Positions 19,170 through 26,935 of a stretch of 64,000 nucleotides of DNA are shown piece after piece. The DNA lies in assembly GCA_001000065.1 (NCBI GenBank), contig LCGZ01000004.1:128867-192866 (forward strand). Direction: 5' to 3'. Origin of the DNA: a candidate division TM6 bacterium GW2011_GWF2_43_87. Lineage in GTDB: Bacteria; Babelota; Babeliae; Babelales; Babelaceae. Numbering within the stretch: position 1 is the first letter of the stretch; every line of letters starts with the position of its first letter. The notes under the pieces are model-generated. The model was not told the DNA's origin and did not search any database. It worked only from the letters and a program-made list of their open reading frames with translations. Position numbers and translations under genes: made by a program.

Positions 19170-20036
19170 ATGGGATTTCTCTGTTCTTTTGCAGGGTTTG
19201 TTAAAGCTGAGGAAGAAGATACAATAAGCCAGGTTACTGAAGAGTTTATAGATGCAGTTGATCACTCTGACTTTAACTTAGCCGACGAAAAACTAGCAAA
19301 TGGTGCAGACATAAATGGGGCTAATAAAGGTTGGACGGCTCTTGATGGCGGCGCTTTTTCCGGAAAATTGGACGCAGTTAAGTATTTAATTGATCGTAAT
19401 GCAGATATTGAAAGCGGACATAGTAGTGATTGTCAAACTCCATTGAGCTACGCCGCAGAGGAAGGGGCGCTTGAGGTTGTAAAGCATTTGGTTAAAGCGG
19501 GTGCCTGTATTGAAAGTCACAAGTATGGGAAAACTCCATTGAGCTACGCCGCAGAGAAAGGGAAGCTTGAGGTTGTAAAGTATTTAGTTGAAGCGGGTGC
19601 CTATATTGAAAGTGGAGCTAGTGATGATAAAACTCCACTGGACTTCGCCGCAGAGGCAGGGGAGCTTGAGGTTGTAAAGTACTTGGTTGAAGCGGGTGCC
19701 TATATTGGAAGTGGAGATAGTGACGATTATCAAACTCCGCGCGATCTTGCGGTTGAAGAAAACCACCAACTGGTAGTTGATTATTTTGATAGCCTCACTT
19801 TTTTGCAGCGGCGTTTTTATAAAACCAGAGCCGTCGTAAAAAGACATAAAATTTTATTAGCTAGTCTTTCGACAGCGGCAGTTCTTGCGGGCGGCTTGCG
19901 GTGGTGGTATGCACGTCAGCATGGCGTGTCTTTTATACCTAAATTCAATTGGTTTGGTAAGCAGAGAATTTCTGCAATGCCAAAGGTAACAGGTCCAGTT
20001 ATTGCATCAACGAATGTTTTGCCTAAGTTTATATAA
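19170..20036 (+). CDS. Ankyrin-repeat protein, array member 7 (very short leader, near-identical internal ANK repeats)
   Basis: Contains 4 near-identical 33-aa ANK units (TPLSYAAE[EK]G.LEVVK.LV.AGA.IES…). The conserved C-terminus diverges only in its last 10 aa. Confidence 0.7.
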   Translation: MGFLCSFAGFVKAEEEDTISQVTEEFIDAVDHSDFNLADEKLANGADINGANKGWTALDGGAFSGKLDAVKYLIDRNADIESGHSSDCQTPLSYAAEEGALEVVKHLVKAGACIESHKYGKTPLSYAAEKGKLEVVKYLVEAGAYIESGASDDKTPLDFAAEAGELEVVKYLVEAGAYIGSGDSDDYQTPRDLAVEENHQLVVDYFDSLTFLQRRFYKTRAVVKRHKILLASLSTAAVLAGGLRWWYARQHGVSFIPKFNWFGKQRISAMPKVTGPVIASTNVLPKFI

Positions 20037-20092
20037 AATTAGCTTAGGGCGATGGATTAAGGTAGTTGATTTAGAGATCGGTGGGGGTTGAT

Positions 20093-21220
20093 ATGTGTAG
20101 ATGTTTGGCCAAACGATTTTTGTTGTTGTCGCTTATGACTGGTTTGATGGTGCATATGCCTGCAGATGCAGTAAGATGGTTTGATTTTAAACTGTCAGAA
20201 CAGACTAAGGCTCGGGTAAAAAAGGCATCTTTGGGTGTTTTTGGTTTTGGTGCTTTGGCATGGGCAGGAGTACGTTTGTGGCCACATCCCAACCGTAATG
20301 GGAGTGACCATCGTGCCGTGAAAGCGCTTGGCTTTGACCCTTGTCTAACCGAATATTGTAAGAGTGGGGCTCGAACGGAAACTGCCGTTGTTTTTGCTCA
20401 TGGATTTGGCAATCAGGCTATTTCGTCTAGTGATGAACGGGTTATGTCAGATGTATACACAGGCGTGGTGTTTGAATTTGCCGATTCGCGGCGTTTTAAA
20501 CCATTTGGATATCGTTGTGCTAATTTGGGTGGTGAGTTTGATTTAAGAACCTTGCTTTATGTGTTGGTTCGTTGCCGTGAGATGGGTTATAAGCAGATTG
20601 TATTATGGGGTGAATCACGCGGTGGTGCAACGGTGTTAAGGGCCTTGCATGCTCTTACAAAACCGCGGCTATATGAGAAAAGCTGGAGGGCTTTAGGTGT
20701 TTTAACAGAGTCTGAGGATTTAGATTTTGTTACGATTCGCGAGCTTAGAAAGATGGTTGAAATGGGGCGCGTGATACTTGCACAACCTTTGCTTAGTACT
20801 CATTCTGTTCTTAGAAAAATGGCTCGAGATAAAGTTAAATGTGCAACTCCGCGCTGTTGCCATTCTCTCATTGGTCCTGTTAATTACGTTGGGCACGTGG
20901 TTATAGAAGCGGTCTTTGCAGCGCTGACTAACTACAATCCTTTTATAGAAACACCGTTAGTACTTCTTAAAGATTTAGCTTTTACTTCGAAAGCTGAAAA
21001 CCCACAGTTTTCAATTTTTATGACGTTGCGTGATCAAGATGGGGTGATCGGTAATGAGCTTGATGATGAGGTTATTAAGCTTTCCGCTAAGATGAAGAAT
21101 AAGTCAACCGTTAGGCTTATGGTGGTAAAAGACCCTTCTGCGGGAACGGGTTTTGAAAATCATACCAACGTTAAAAAGGCCACAAAATATCTACAGCTTA
21201 TCGCTTCGGGACTGGAATAA
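20093..21220 (+). CDS. Alpha/beta-hydrolase fold protein (esterase/lipase-like) with N-terminal hydrophobic segments
   Basis: GGTGGGGG RBS. HGFGNQ (oxyanion-hole-like) and GESRGG (GxSxG nucleophile elbow) motifs. Confidence 0.5.
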   Translation: MCRCLAKRFLLLSLMTGLMVHMPADAVRWFDFKLSEQTKARVKKASLGVFGFGALAWAGVRLWPHPNRNGSDHRAVKALGFDPCLTEYCKSGARTETAVVFAHGFGNQAISSSDERVMSDVYTGVVFEFADSRRFKPFGYRCANLGGEFDLRTLLYVLVRCREMGYKQIVLWGESRGGATVLRALHALTKPRLYEKSWRALGVLTESEDLDFVTIRELRKMVEMGRVILAQPLLSTHSVLRKMARDKVKCATPRCCHSLIGPVNYVGHVVIEAVFAALTNYNPFIETPLVLLKDLAFTSKAENPQFSIFMTLRDQDGVIGNELDDEVIKLSAKMKNKSTVRLMVVKDPSAGTGFENHTNVKKATKYLQLIASGLE

Positions 21221-21290
21221 TAAGTGCAGAAGCTTTACCTTTTCAAACCCTCTGTCGTATACTAAATAGTAAGCAGAGGGATTTGAATTT

Positions 21291-21752
21291 ATGAAGATAA
21301 TAACGCAGAACAAAAAAGCTTTTTTTGATTATACAGTACTGGAAACCTTTGAGGCAGGAATTGCATTGACGGGCGACGAGGTTAAATCCTTGCGTGCGGG
21401 TAATGCTAACTTGGTGGGCGCTTTTGTTACTCCTCATGCAGGTCGCCTTTCTATGATTAATGCGTATATTGGGCCTTATTCACACGCATATCAAAAGACC
21501 AATGACAATGAATCTCGTCGGACGCGGTATCTGTTATTGCATCGGCGCGAGATAAACAAGCTTATGGGAGAAGTTTCTCGTGGTGGAGTAACTCTTATCC
21601 CTCTAAAACTCTATTTCAATGATCGTGGATTTGTAAAAGTAGAGATTGGTCTATGTAAGCACAAAAAAGCCCATATGAAAAAAGAAGAGCTCAGGGAGCG
21701 TGACATTAAGCGTGACACGCAGCGTGAGCTCAGAGGGAAATACGATTATTAA
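21291..21752 (+). CDS. smpB: SsrA-binding protein
   Basis: Typical SmpB sequence: FDYTVLETFEAGIALTGDEVKSLR… with a basic C-terminal tail. Confidence 0.9.
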   Translation: MKIITQNKKAFFDYTVLETFEAGIALTGDEVKSLRAGNANLVGAFVTPHAGRLSMINAYIGPYSHAYQKTNDNESRRTRYLLLHRREINKLMGEVSRGGVTLIPLKLYFNDRGFVKVEIGLCKHKKAHMKKEELRERDIKRDTQRELRGKYDY

Positions 21753-21762
21753 GGGTTGTATC

Positions 21763-22566
21763 CTATTTTAATAAGCGTTCTATGTAGTCTAATAGATATG
21801 CTGTATTTGGTTTTTTATTTAAGCAAAATGCTTTCCACTGCTTTGCATAATCTTTTGCAGTTCGTTCAAAGCCGTCTTGTTCTGCAAAAAGCTCAGGGCA
21901 ATGGGCATCTACATAGCGAATTAGTTCTCGGGCAAAGTTATAAATAGGCTTTATTAAAAAGTTTGGTAGATCAGCATCTTCATAGGGCCCGCACGCAAGA
22001 TCGGTAAGAAGATGGAGCGTTGTCCCCCATGAACCGGTTTTTTCTATTAGTTTGTATTCGCTTCTGGCCATTAGTCGAATAGTGTCGTAAGCCCAGTCAG
22101 GATCAAAGAGCACGACCATAACCAAAGAAGCTAGTGCCATAGTGATTACTCTATTTGAGAACCACTCTTGAGCATCTGGGGCTCGAACAATTCCATCTAA
22201 TACCTTAACGGCATCTTTAAAAAGATCGGCTCTTAACAAAAGAGCTATGGCAAGTCCTGCTTTTGTAGGAAATTTCTCAAATAAGACCTTTTGAGTCCAG
22301 GTGCGCATAAAAACTGCATGGTCTGAAATGGTGGGTGCAAGAGGTTTGATAATTTTCTTAAAGACCTCTTGTGGTTCAAGTAAATCAGAAAATGAGAAGG
22401 CCTGGTTCATTAGGACGGTGAACGTAGTGGACGTACTATTTTCTTCAAATTCAAGGAATGCGTATTCAAAGTCTTCTTCAGTTACTACGATTCGATCTAT
22501 AATTTGGACCGAGGCGCCTGCGGTTACGGTTGCAAGCATTAGGCAGGCAAAAAGAGCTTTTTTCAT
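21763..22566 (-). CDS. Hypothetical secreted protein
   Basis: Internal ATG with signal peptide MKKALFACLMLATVTAGASV. No recognisable family. Confidence 0.45.
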   Translation of the reverse strand: MKKALFACLMLATVTAGASVQIIDRIVVTEEDFEYAFLEFEENSTSTTFTVLMNQAFSFSDLLEPQEVFKKIIKPLAPTISDHAVFMRTWTQKVLFEKFPTKAGLAIALLLRADLFKDAVKVLDGIVRAPDAQEWFSNRVITMALASLVMVVLFDPDWAYDTIRLMARSEYKLIEKTGSWGTTLHLLTDLACGPYEDADLPNFLIKPIYNFARELIRYVDAHCPELFAEQDGFERTAKDYAKQWKAFCLNKKPNTAYLLDYIERLLK

Positions 22567-22610
22567 CAAGATATCCTTATGTAAAATTTTATGAGATAGA
22601 AAATAGAAAG

Positions 22611-23144
22611 TTACGGACAGTTTCGCATGGTTTTTCTTTTTTCTCTTCCCTTCCATCTTCCCTGAGCATCCATATTAAACGAATTCCATGCAGCTTTTTG
22701 ATTTGGACTCCAGGCTGTGAAAAGATCTTTTTGTTCCTGGGTCCAGTGTTTTGGCATGCCATCATGGCCAAGAAAGCCTCCTCTGCCTCGACCGCGCCAA
22801 AACCCTCCTCGCCCTCTGCCACCTCCAGAGGGAAATTGCACACAGGGGAATTTGATGAGTTCTAATCGCTCTTGCAGTGTCAAAAGGTTCCATGCGTTTT
22901 TTTCGTTGGTATCCCAGGAGTTATAGCCTTGTGGATAGGGAGATTTGATAAGTCCTACACGCTCTGGTTCACTTAACGATTCCCATAGCGCCTTTTGTTT
23001 AGGCTTCCATGTGTTAAAATCTGATGGGTAAGTTCCCTTTGCTATCGTAGCAAGGCTTTGTGCCAGATTATTAAGTTCATCGCCAAGCGCTCTGCCTACG
23101 AGGCAGAGCGAGCTAAGGTAAAGAGCTAAGATTTTTAGTTTCAT
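22611..23144 (-). CDS. Secreted protein with three Trp-containing ~30-aa repeats and an RGG box (GGGRGRGGFWRGRGRGG)
   Basis: Signal peptide MKLKILALYLSSLCLVGRALG. Repeats of the form W….K..W..L…ER..LIK.P. A Gly/Arg-rich RGG segment. Confidence 0.55.
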   Translation of the reverse strand: MKLKILALYLSSLCLVGRALGDELNNLAQSLATIAKGTYPSDFNTWKPKQKALWESLSEPERVGLIKSPYPQGYNSWDTNEKNAWNLLTLQERLELIKFPCVQFPSGGGRGRGGFWRGRGRGGFLGHDGMPKHWTQEQKDLFTAWSPNQKAAWNSFNMDAQGRWKGREKRKTMRNCP

Positions 23145-23265
23145 TATGTTATCTCGTAAAATAACGGAAATGTTAGTTCGTCGACATCCTAGTTTGTCGC
23201 GCAGGCAAAGTCAATGGATTAGGGTTGGATCACGATAGGATTTTCAGATTTTTTGAAATAAAAAA

Positions 23266-23294
23266 CTTGACTAATATTTTGAACTCTATTAGAA
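23266..23294 (+). promoter_or_regulatory. Candidate sigma70-type promoter for ssrA (TTGACT, 17-nt spacer, TAGAAT)
   Basis: Consensus-like -35 and -10 boxes about 45 nt upstream of the mature tmRNA 5' end. Confidence 0.35.
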
Positions 23295-23337
23295 TTAAAC
23301 TATATAAGTGATTATATGCAAATTCTTTGAAATCTTT

Positions 23338-23776
23338 GGGGGCGTACTGGCTTCGACGCGTTGTGCCTGTTGCAGAGAGCATGTCGAGCTTTGGTTTTGT
23401 GCTCGTTAAACAAAATACCAAAACAATAAGTGCAGCGACTAATATCCCTGCCGGTAGCTTATTTGCCTTGCTTCTTTCGGGCTTAATTGCACTCTTTGGT
23501 GCAGTTGCTCCTAGGAAACAAGAAGCTTTTGCTTAAAGCGTAAGCTACTACCTCTTTTTCGTGGCGTGTCCATCAGCTGCGTTTAAAGAGTATTACCAAG
23601 ATGGAACTGACACATAAGATTTTTTCGTTGTGGTAATGTGTCTGATCACTATAACGGGCTATCGCATTTTTCTCGTGTCTCTACGGGAATGCAGATAGTA
23701 TAATTAGAGAATAAGCATGTAGCGCTGGGCAATTGACAGGGCGTGGACATGGGTTCGACTCCCATCGCCTCCACCA
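23338..23776 (+). ncRNA. ssrA: tmRNA (transfer-messenger RNA, SsrA)
   Basis: 5' GGGGGCGTACTGGCTTCGACG pairs with 3' …GGGTTCGACTCCCATCGCCTCCACCA to form an acceptor stem with the G3-U70 alanine identity pair. There is a T-arm and an encoded CCA. The internal tag reading frame ends …KQEAFA-TAA (23432..23536). It lies about 1.6 kb from smpB. Confidence 0.85.
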
Positions 23777-23790
23777 GATTATTTTTTAAA

Positions 23791-23832
23791 ATAGGCTGTT
23801 GCAAACTATTGAGTTGCGACAGCCTATTTTTT
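23791..23832 (+). terminator. Rho-independent terminator after ssrA
   Basis: ATAGGCTGTTGCAAC-tattga-GTTGCGACAGCCTAT (15-bp stem with one G-U) followed by TTTTTT. Confidence 0.65.
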
Positions 23833-23881
23833 TATGCTTAAAACAGTTTTTATAACGTGTGGCATAAAGGGTGGGACGTGT

Positions 23882-24583
23882 ATGAAAAATTGTTTTATCG
23901 TAATGTTTTTGCTTTTAGGTGCGCCGTGCATCCTAGCAATGGAGAACAAAAATTATGGCTCCACAAGTTCTTTAGCCAAGCCAAATGTTAATGAAAATAT
24001 TATTCCAAAGAAGGAGTCTGACTTTCATGAAACCGAGATAATACTGACTACTGAGCAGCTAAATAAAAAAGAAAAAGAGTTTGATCTTAATAGCCTAGAA
24101 CCCAAAAACCAACAAAACAATGGGGGAGGAGGGTCGGTTCTTAATTCTAATAGTCCACTTACTCCAGAGCAATTTTGGAAAGCGGCCTTATTAAACAGAG
24201 GGTTTAAGCAAACCAAAAAAAACAAAAAAATTAAGAAGAGCTCTGGTTTTTCAACAAAAAATCCTTACCGATCGACTGATTTTTATATACAGCCTAAGTT
24301 GCAGGCTGTACCGCTTAAAACTAGTGATTTACTTGAGCAGTATAATAATCTTACTCAAACCGGGATGATAGATTTGCTTCAACAGATAAACAATTTATTC
24401 CAAGATGCTTTAAACGAGCGTACGACGGAGTTGAAAGAAGATATTGGTTCAGTGCAAAAAAAACAGCAATCAACTTTCCGAGATTGGCTCCACGAGGGAA
24501 CAGGAGCCATCCGATCTGGAGTTACAGTAGCAGTTCTAGGTCTAGGGTACTGGCTCATGAACCGATACATTTTACCTAAGTAA
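23882..24583 (+). CDS. Hypothetical secreted/membrane protein with a poly-Asn/Gly low-complexity region and a C-terminal TM segment
   Basis: Signal peptide MKNCFIVMFLLLGAPCILA. C-terminal hydrophobic segment VTVAVLGLGYWLM. Confidence 0.45.
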   Translation: MKNCFIVMFLLLGAPCILAMENKNYGSTSSLAKPNVNENIIPKKESDFHETEIILTTEQLNKKEKEFDLNSLEPKNQQNNGGGGSVLNSNSPLTPEQFWKAALLNRGFKQTKKNKKIKKSSGFSTKNPYRSTDFYIQPKLQAVPLKTSDLLEQYNNLTQTGMIDLLQQINNLFQDALNERTTELKEDIGSVQKKQQSTFRDWLHEGTGAIRSGVTVAVLGLGYWLMNRYILPK

Positions 24584-24696
24584 AAAACGAAGAATCATTT
24601 TTTTGAGATTGAGAGCATCTATAATAGATGCTCTCTTTTTTGTATACTGGAAGAACTAGTTTTATATGGTTTAACCATTATGTAAGGGATTGACTC

Positions 24697-25533
24697 GTGA
24701 AGCAGATACTTAGCGTGTTATATTTAGTTGCAACAGCAGCTGTTTTTGGTGGTAGTGCAATCGTAGCTCTTAATACCGGATCAATAGTTCCAACTCCTGC
24801 AGTTTCTGGTATTGAAGTTACGGCACCTGGACAACAAGTAACTCCACAGACTTTGGTAGCAGAAGAGGTAGCGCACGCGGCGGAGGCAGTAGAGCCTTTG
24901 GCAGTTCCAGAAGTTGCGGCAGAGGTAGTTGCAGAGTCTGCCCCAGTGGTAGCTGCTGCACCAAAAGCAAAGCCTGTATCAAAGCCCGTTGAAAAGAAAG
25001 CTGAAAAAGCATTTGCTCCTGCAGCGCGTGTTGCTTACATTGATTTTGAAGAAGTTCTTATGACCTGTGATGAGGCTAAGGAACAGATTGTTATCATTCA
25101 ACAAGAAATCCGTGAAAAAGCGGAAGAGCTTGAAAAACGTTTTGAATCTTTAGAAAAGAAACGTACATCGGGACAAATTAATCCTACAGACTACGCTAAA
25201 GAGCGTGGATACCTTGAAGTTGACCAACGCGATCTTGAAAGTCTTGCTCAACAGCGTCAATATGAAATTCAGCGAGTAATTGCGCCTCACGTGATTGAAT
25301 CAATTAATAAAGTTGCTGAAGCTCTTTCATTAGATGGTGTTTCGCCTAAGGTCTTTTATGCAAAAGAGTCGGCTGTAATTACCGAACGCGTTCGCAAAGA
25401 GATGAACGATGCCTATGCGCGCAGCAAAAAAGAGGCTAAGTTTAAAAAGACGGGTGAAAAGAAACCAGCGGTTGCCAAGCCGGTCAAAAAAACAGAGGTT
25501 AAGCCTGCAGCTGTAAAAGCCCCAAAAAGCTAA
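24697..25533 (+). CDS. OmpH/Skp-family periplasmic chaperone-like protein with an Ala/Val/Pro/Glu-rich N-terminal extension and a Lys-rich C-terminal tail
   Basis: GTG start. The core AYIDFEEVLMTCDEAKEQ…LEKRFESLEKK…LEVDQRDLESLAQQRQYEIQRVIAPHV matches OmpH-like coiled-coil chaperones. Confidence 0.55.
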   Translation: MKQILSVLYLVATAAVFGGSAIVALNTGSIVPTPAVSGIEVTAPGQQVTPQTLVAEEVAHAAEAVEPLAVPEVAAEVVAESAPVVAAAPKAKPVSKPVEKKAEKAFAPAARVAYIDFEEVLMTCDEAKEQIVIIQQEIREKAEELEKRFESLEKKRTSGQINPTDYAKERGYLEVDQRDLESLAQQRQYEIQRVIAPHVIESINKVAEALSLDGVSPKVFYAKESAVITERVRKEMNDAYARSKKEAKFKKTGEKKPAVAKPVKKTEVKPAAVKAPKS

Positions 25534-26003
25534 TAATTAGTTTTTTTAGAGCTTTGACTCCATAGTCTGAAGGCTTCCAAGGCACGATCGTGCGCACTAT
25601 GTTTGGTAGTAATGACGCGGTGGTCTATCGGGCGTGTTATTTCTTCGTAAATGAAGGAATCATCAAATCCGATGGCTGCCGCGTTTTCTTTTGTAGCCGC
25701 AAAATAAAGCGTCGATATTCGTGCCCAATAGAGTGCACCTAAGCACATGGGGCAGGGCTCGCAGGATGAGTAGAGTGAACATTCGGTTAATTGGAATGAG
25801 GATAATTTTGCACAGGCTGTACGGATTGCACAGATTTCGGCATGGGCTGTTGGATCATTAGTTGTAGTAACTAAATTTACGCCCTCTGCAATGATAAGGT
25901 CATTCTTTACAAGTACGGCGCCAAAGGGACCCCCTTTGTTCGAACGTACATTTTCTATAGCGAGTTCAATAGCACGGTCCATATATTTTTTATGGTAGGT
26001 CAT
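25530..26003 (-). CDS. Guanine deaminase-like nucleoside/nucleotide deaminase (CMP/dCMP-type zinc deaminase fold)
   Basis: HAEICAIR … SCEPCPMCLGALYWAR zinc-binding motifs. Very close to the Bacillus GuaD-type small guanine deaminase (recalled from memory). Confidence 0.7.
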   Translation of the reverse strand: MTYHKKYMDRAIELAIENVRSNKGGPFGAVLVKNDLIIAEGVNLVTTTNDPTAHAEICAIRTACAKLSSFQLTECSLYSSCEPCPMCLGALYWARISTLYFAATKENAAAIGFDDSFIYEEITRPIDHRVITTKHSAHDRALEAFRLWSQSSKKTNY

Positions 26004-26143
26004 AGGGTACTCCTTGGTTACGTAGGGGGTGTTTTGACCTTATTGTGCGGTGAAAAAATGAGAATGACAATGCACCAATTTCATGGCAGGGTAAAAGCAT
26101 ACAGAGCAAACTGTTATAACCTTGGTTTAGAAGGGATTGGTAG

Positions 26144-26674
26144 ATGATTGCACTTAAGGCTATTGTGGGTTTGGGTAATCCGGGGATGGCTTATTTAAAT
26201 ACGCGACACAATGTTGGATTTAAAGTAGTAGACGCATTGGCAAAGAAACATGGAGCGGAGTGGCGCTTGCGCAATGCATTGGAATTTGCCGAGGTAATGG
26301 CCCCAGGCGGTAAGATAATACTTCTAAAGCCCCTAACCTTTATGAATGCTTCGGGCACTGCATTTCCCTTTTTAACAAAGCAAGGTATAAAACCCGAAGA
26401 GGTTTTGGTAGTGCATGATGAGCTTGAGCTTCCATTTGGTAAAGTTACAATGCGGCAGGGTGGGAGTGCGCGAGGGCATAATGGCTTGCGTTCGATTATT
26501 GCCACAGTTGGCGAAAATTTTCATCGCATGCGGTGTGGTGTAGGCCGTCCCCAAGATAATACCCCCGTGGGAGACTATGTATTAAAATCGTTCTCCGAAG
26601 GGGCTGAGGCGGTTAATGAGCTTATTGAAAAGGCCGTTGTTTTACTTGAAAAAAGTGTGGGTTTGACCGATTGA
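26144..26674 (+). CDS. pth: Peptidyl-tRNA hydrolase
   Basis: IVGLGNPG…YLNTRHNVGF N-terminus. Typical Pth length. Confidence 0.9.
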   Translation: MIALKAIVGLGNPGMAYLNTRHNVGFKVVDALAKKHGAEWRLRNALEFAEVMAPGGKIILLKPLTFMNASGTAFPFLTKQGIKPEEVLVVHDELELPFGKVTMRQGGSARGHNGLRSIIATVGENFHRMRCGVGRPQDNTPVGDYVLKSFSEGAEAVNELIEKAVVLLEKSVGLTD

Positions 26675-26935
26675 GTAGTGTCGGAGCCTGGTCACCCCAT
26701 CGTGTCCGCCATAATCAAGTTATGCTGAGCTTGACGAAGCATGTCCTGAGGTTTATCGAAGGGTAGGAGATTGTCGTAGGGTGAGTGGAATTGACCGTAG
26801 AAGAATCGGCCATCCTGAGTCTGTTTAACAAGGTTGTATTTACTGACATTTTAAAGTGCAGCAGAAAAAGAGATAGCCCTAATCCTTTAGGTTGATTTAT
26901 TGAACTAAGATTCTTGTTTTATGTAGAGTAAATCT

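Noticed and set aside
21221-21290. CCCTCTG…CAGAGGG inverted repeat between the hydrolase gene and smpB
   Set aside because: It is a 7-bp stem with a 19-nt loop and no T-run, too weak to call a terminator.
23327-23536. 69-aa ORF called in the six-frame track
   Set aside because: It lies entirely inside the tmRNA and its 3' end is the tmRNA tag reading frame. It is not an independent protein-coding gene.
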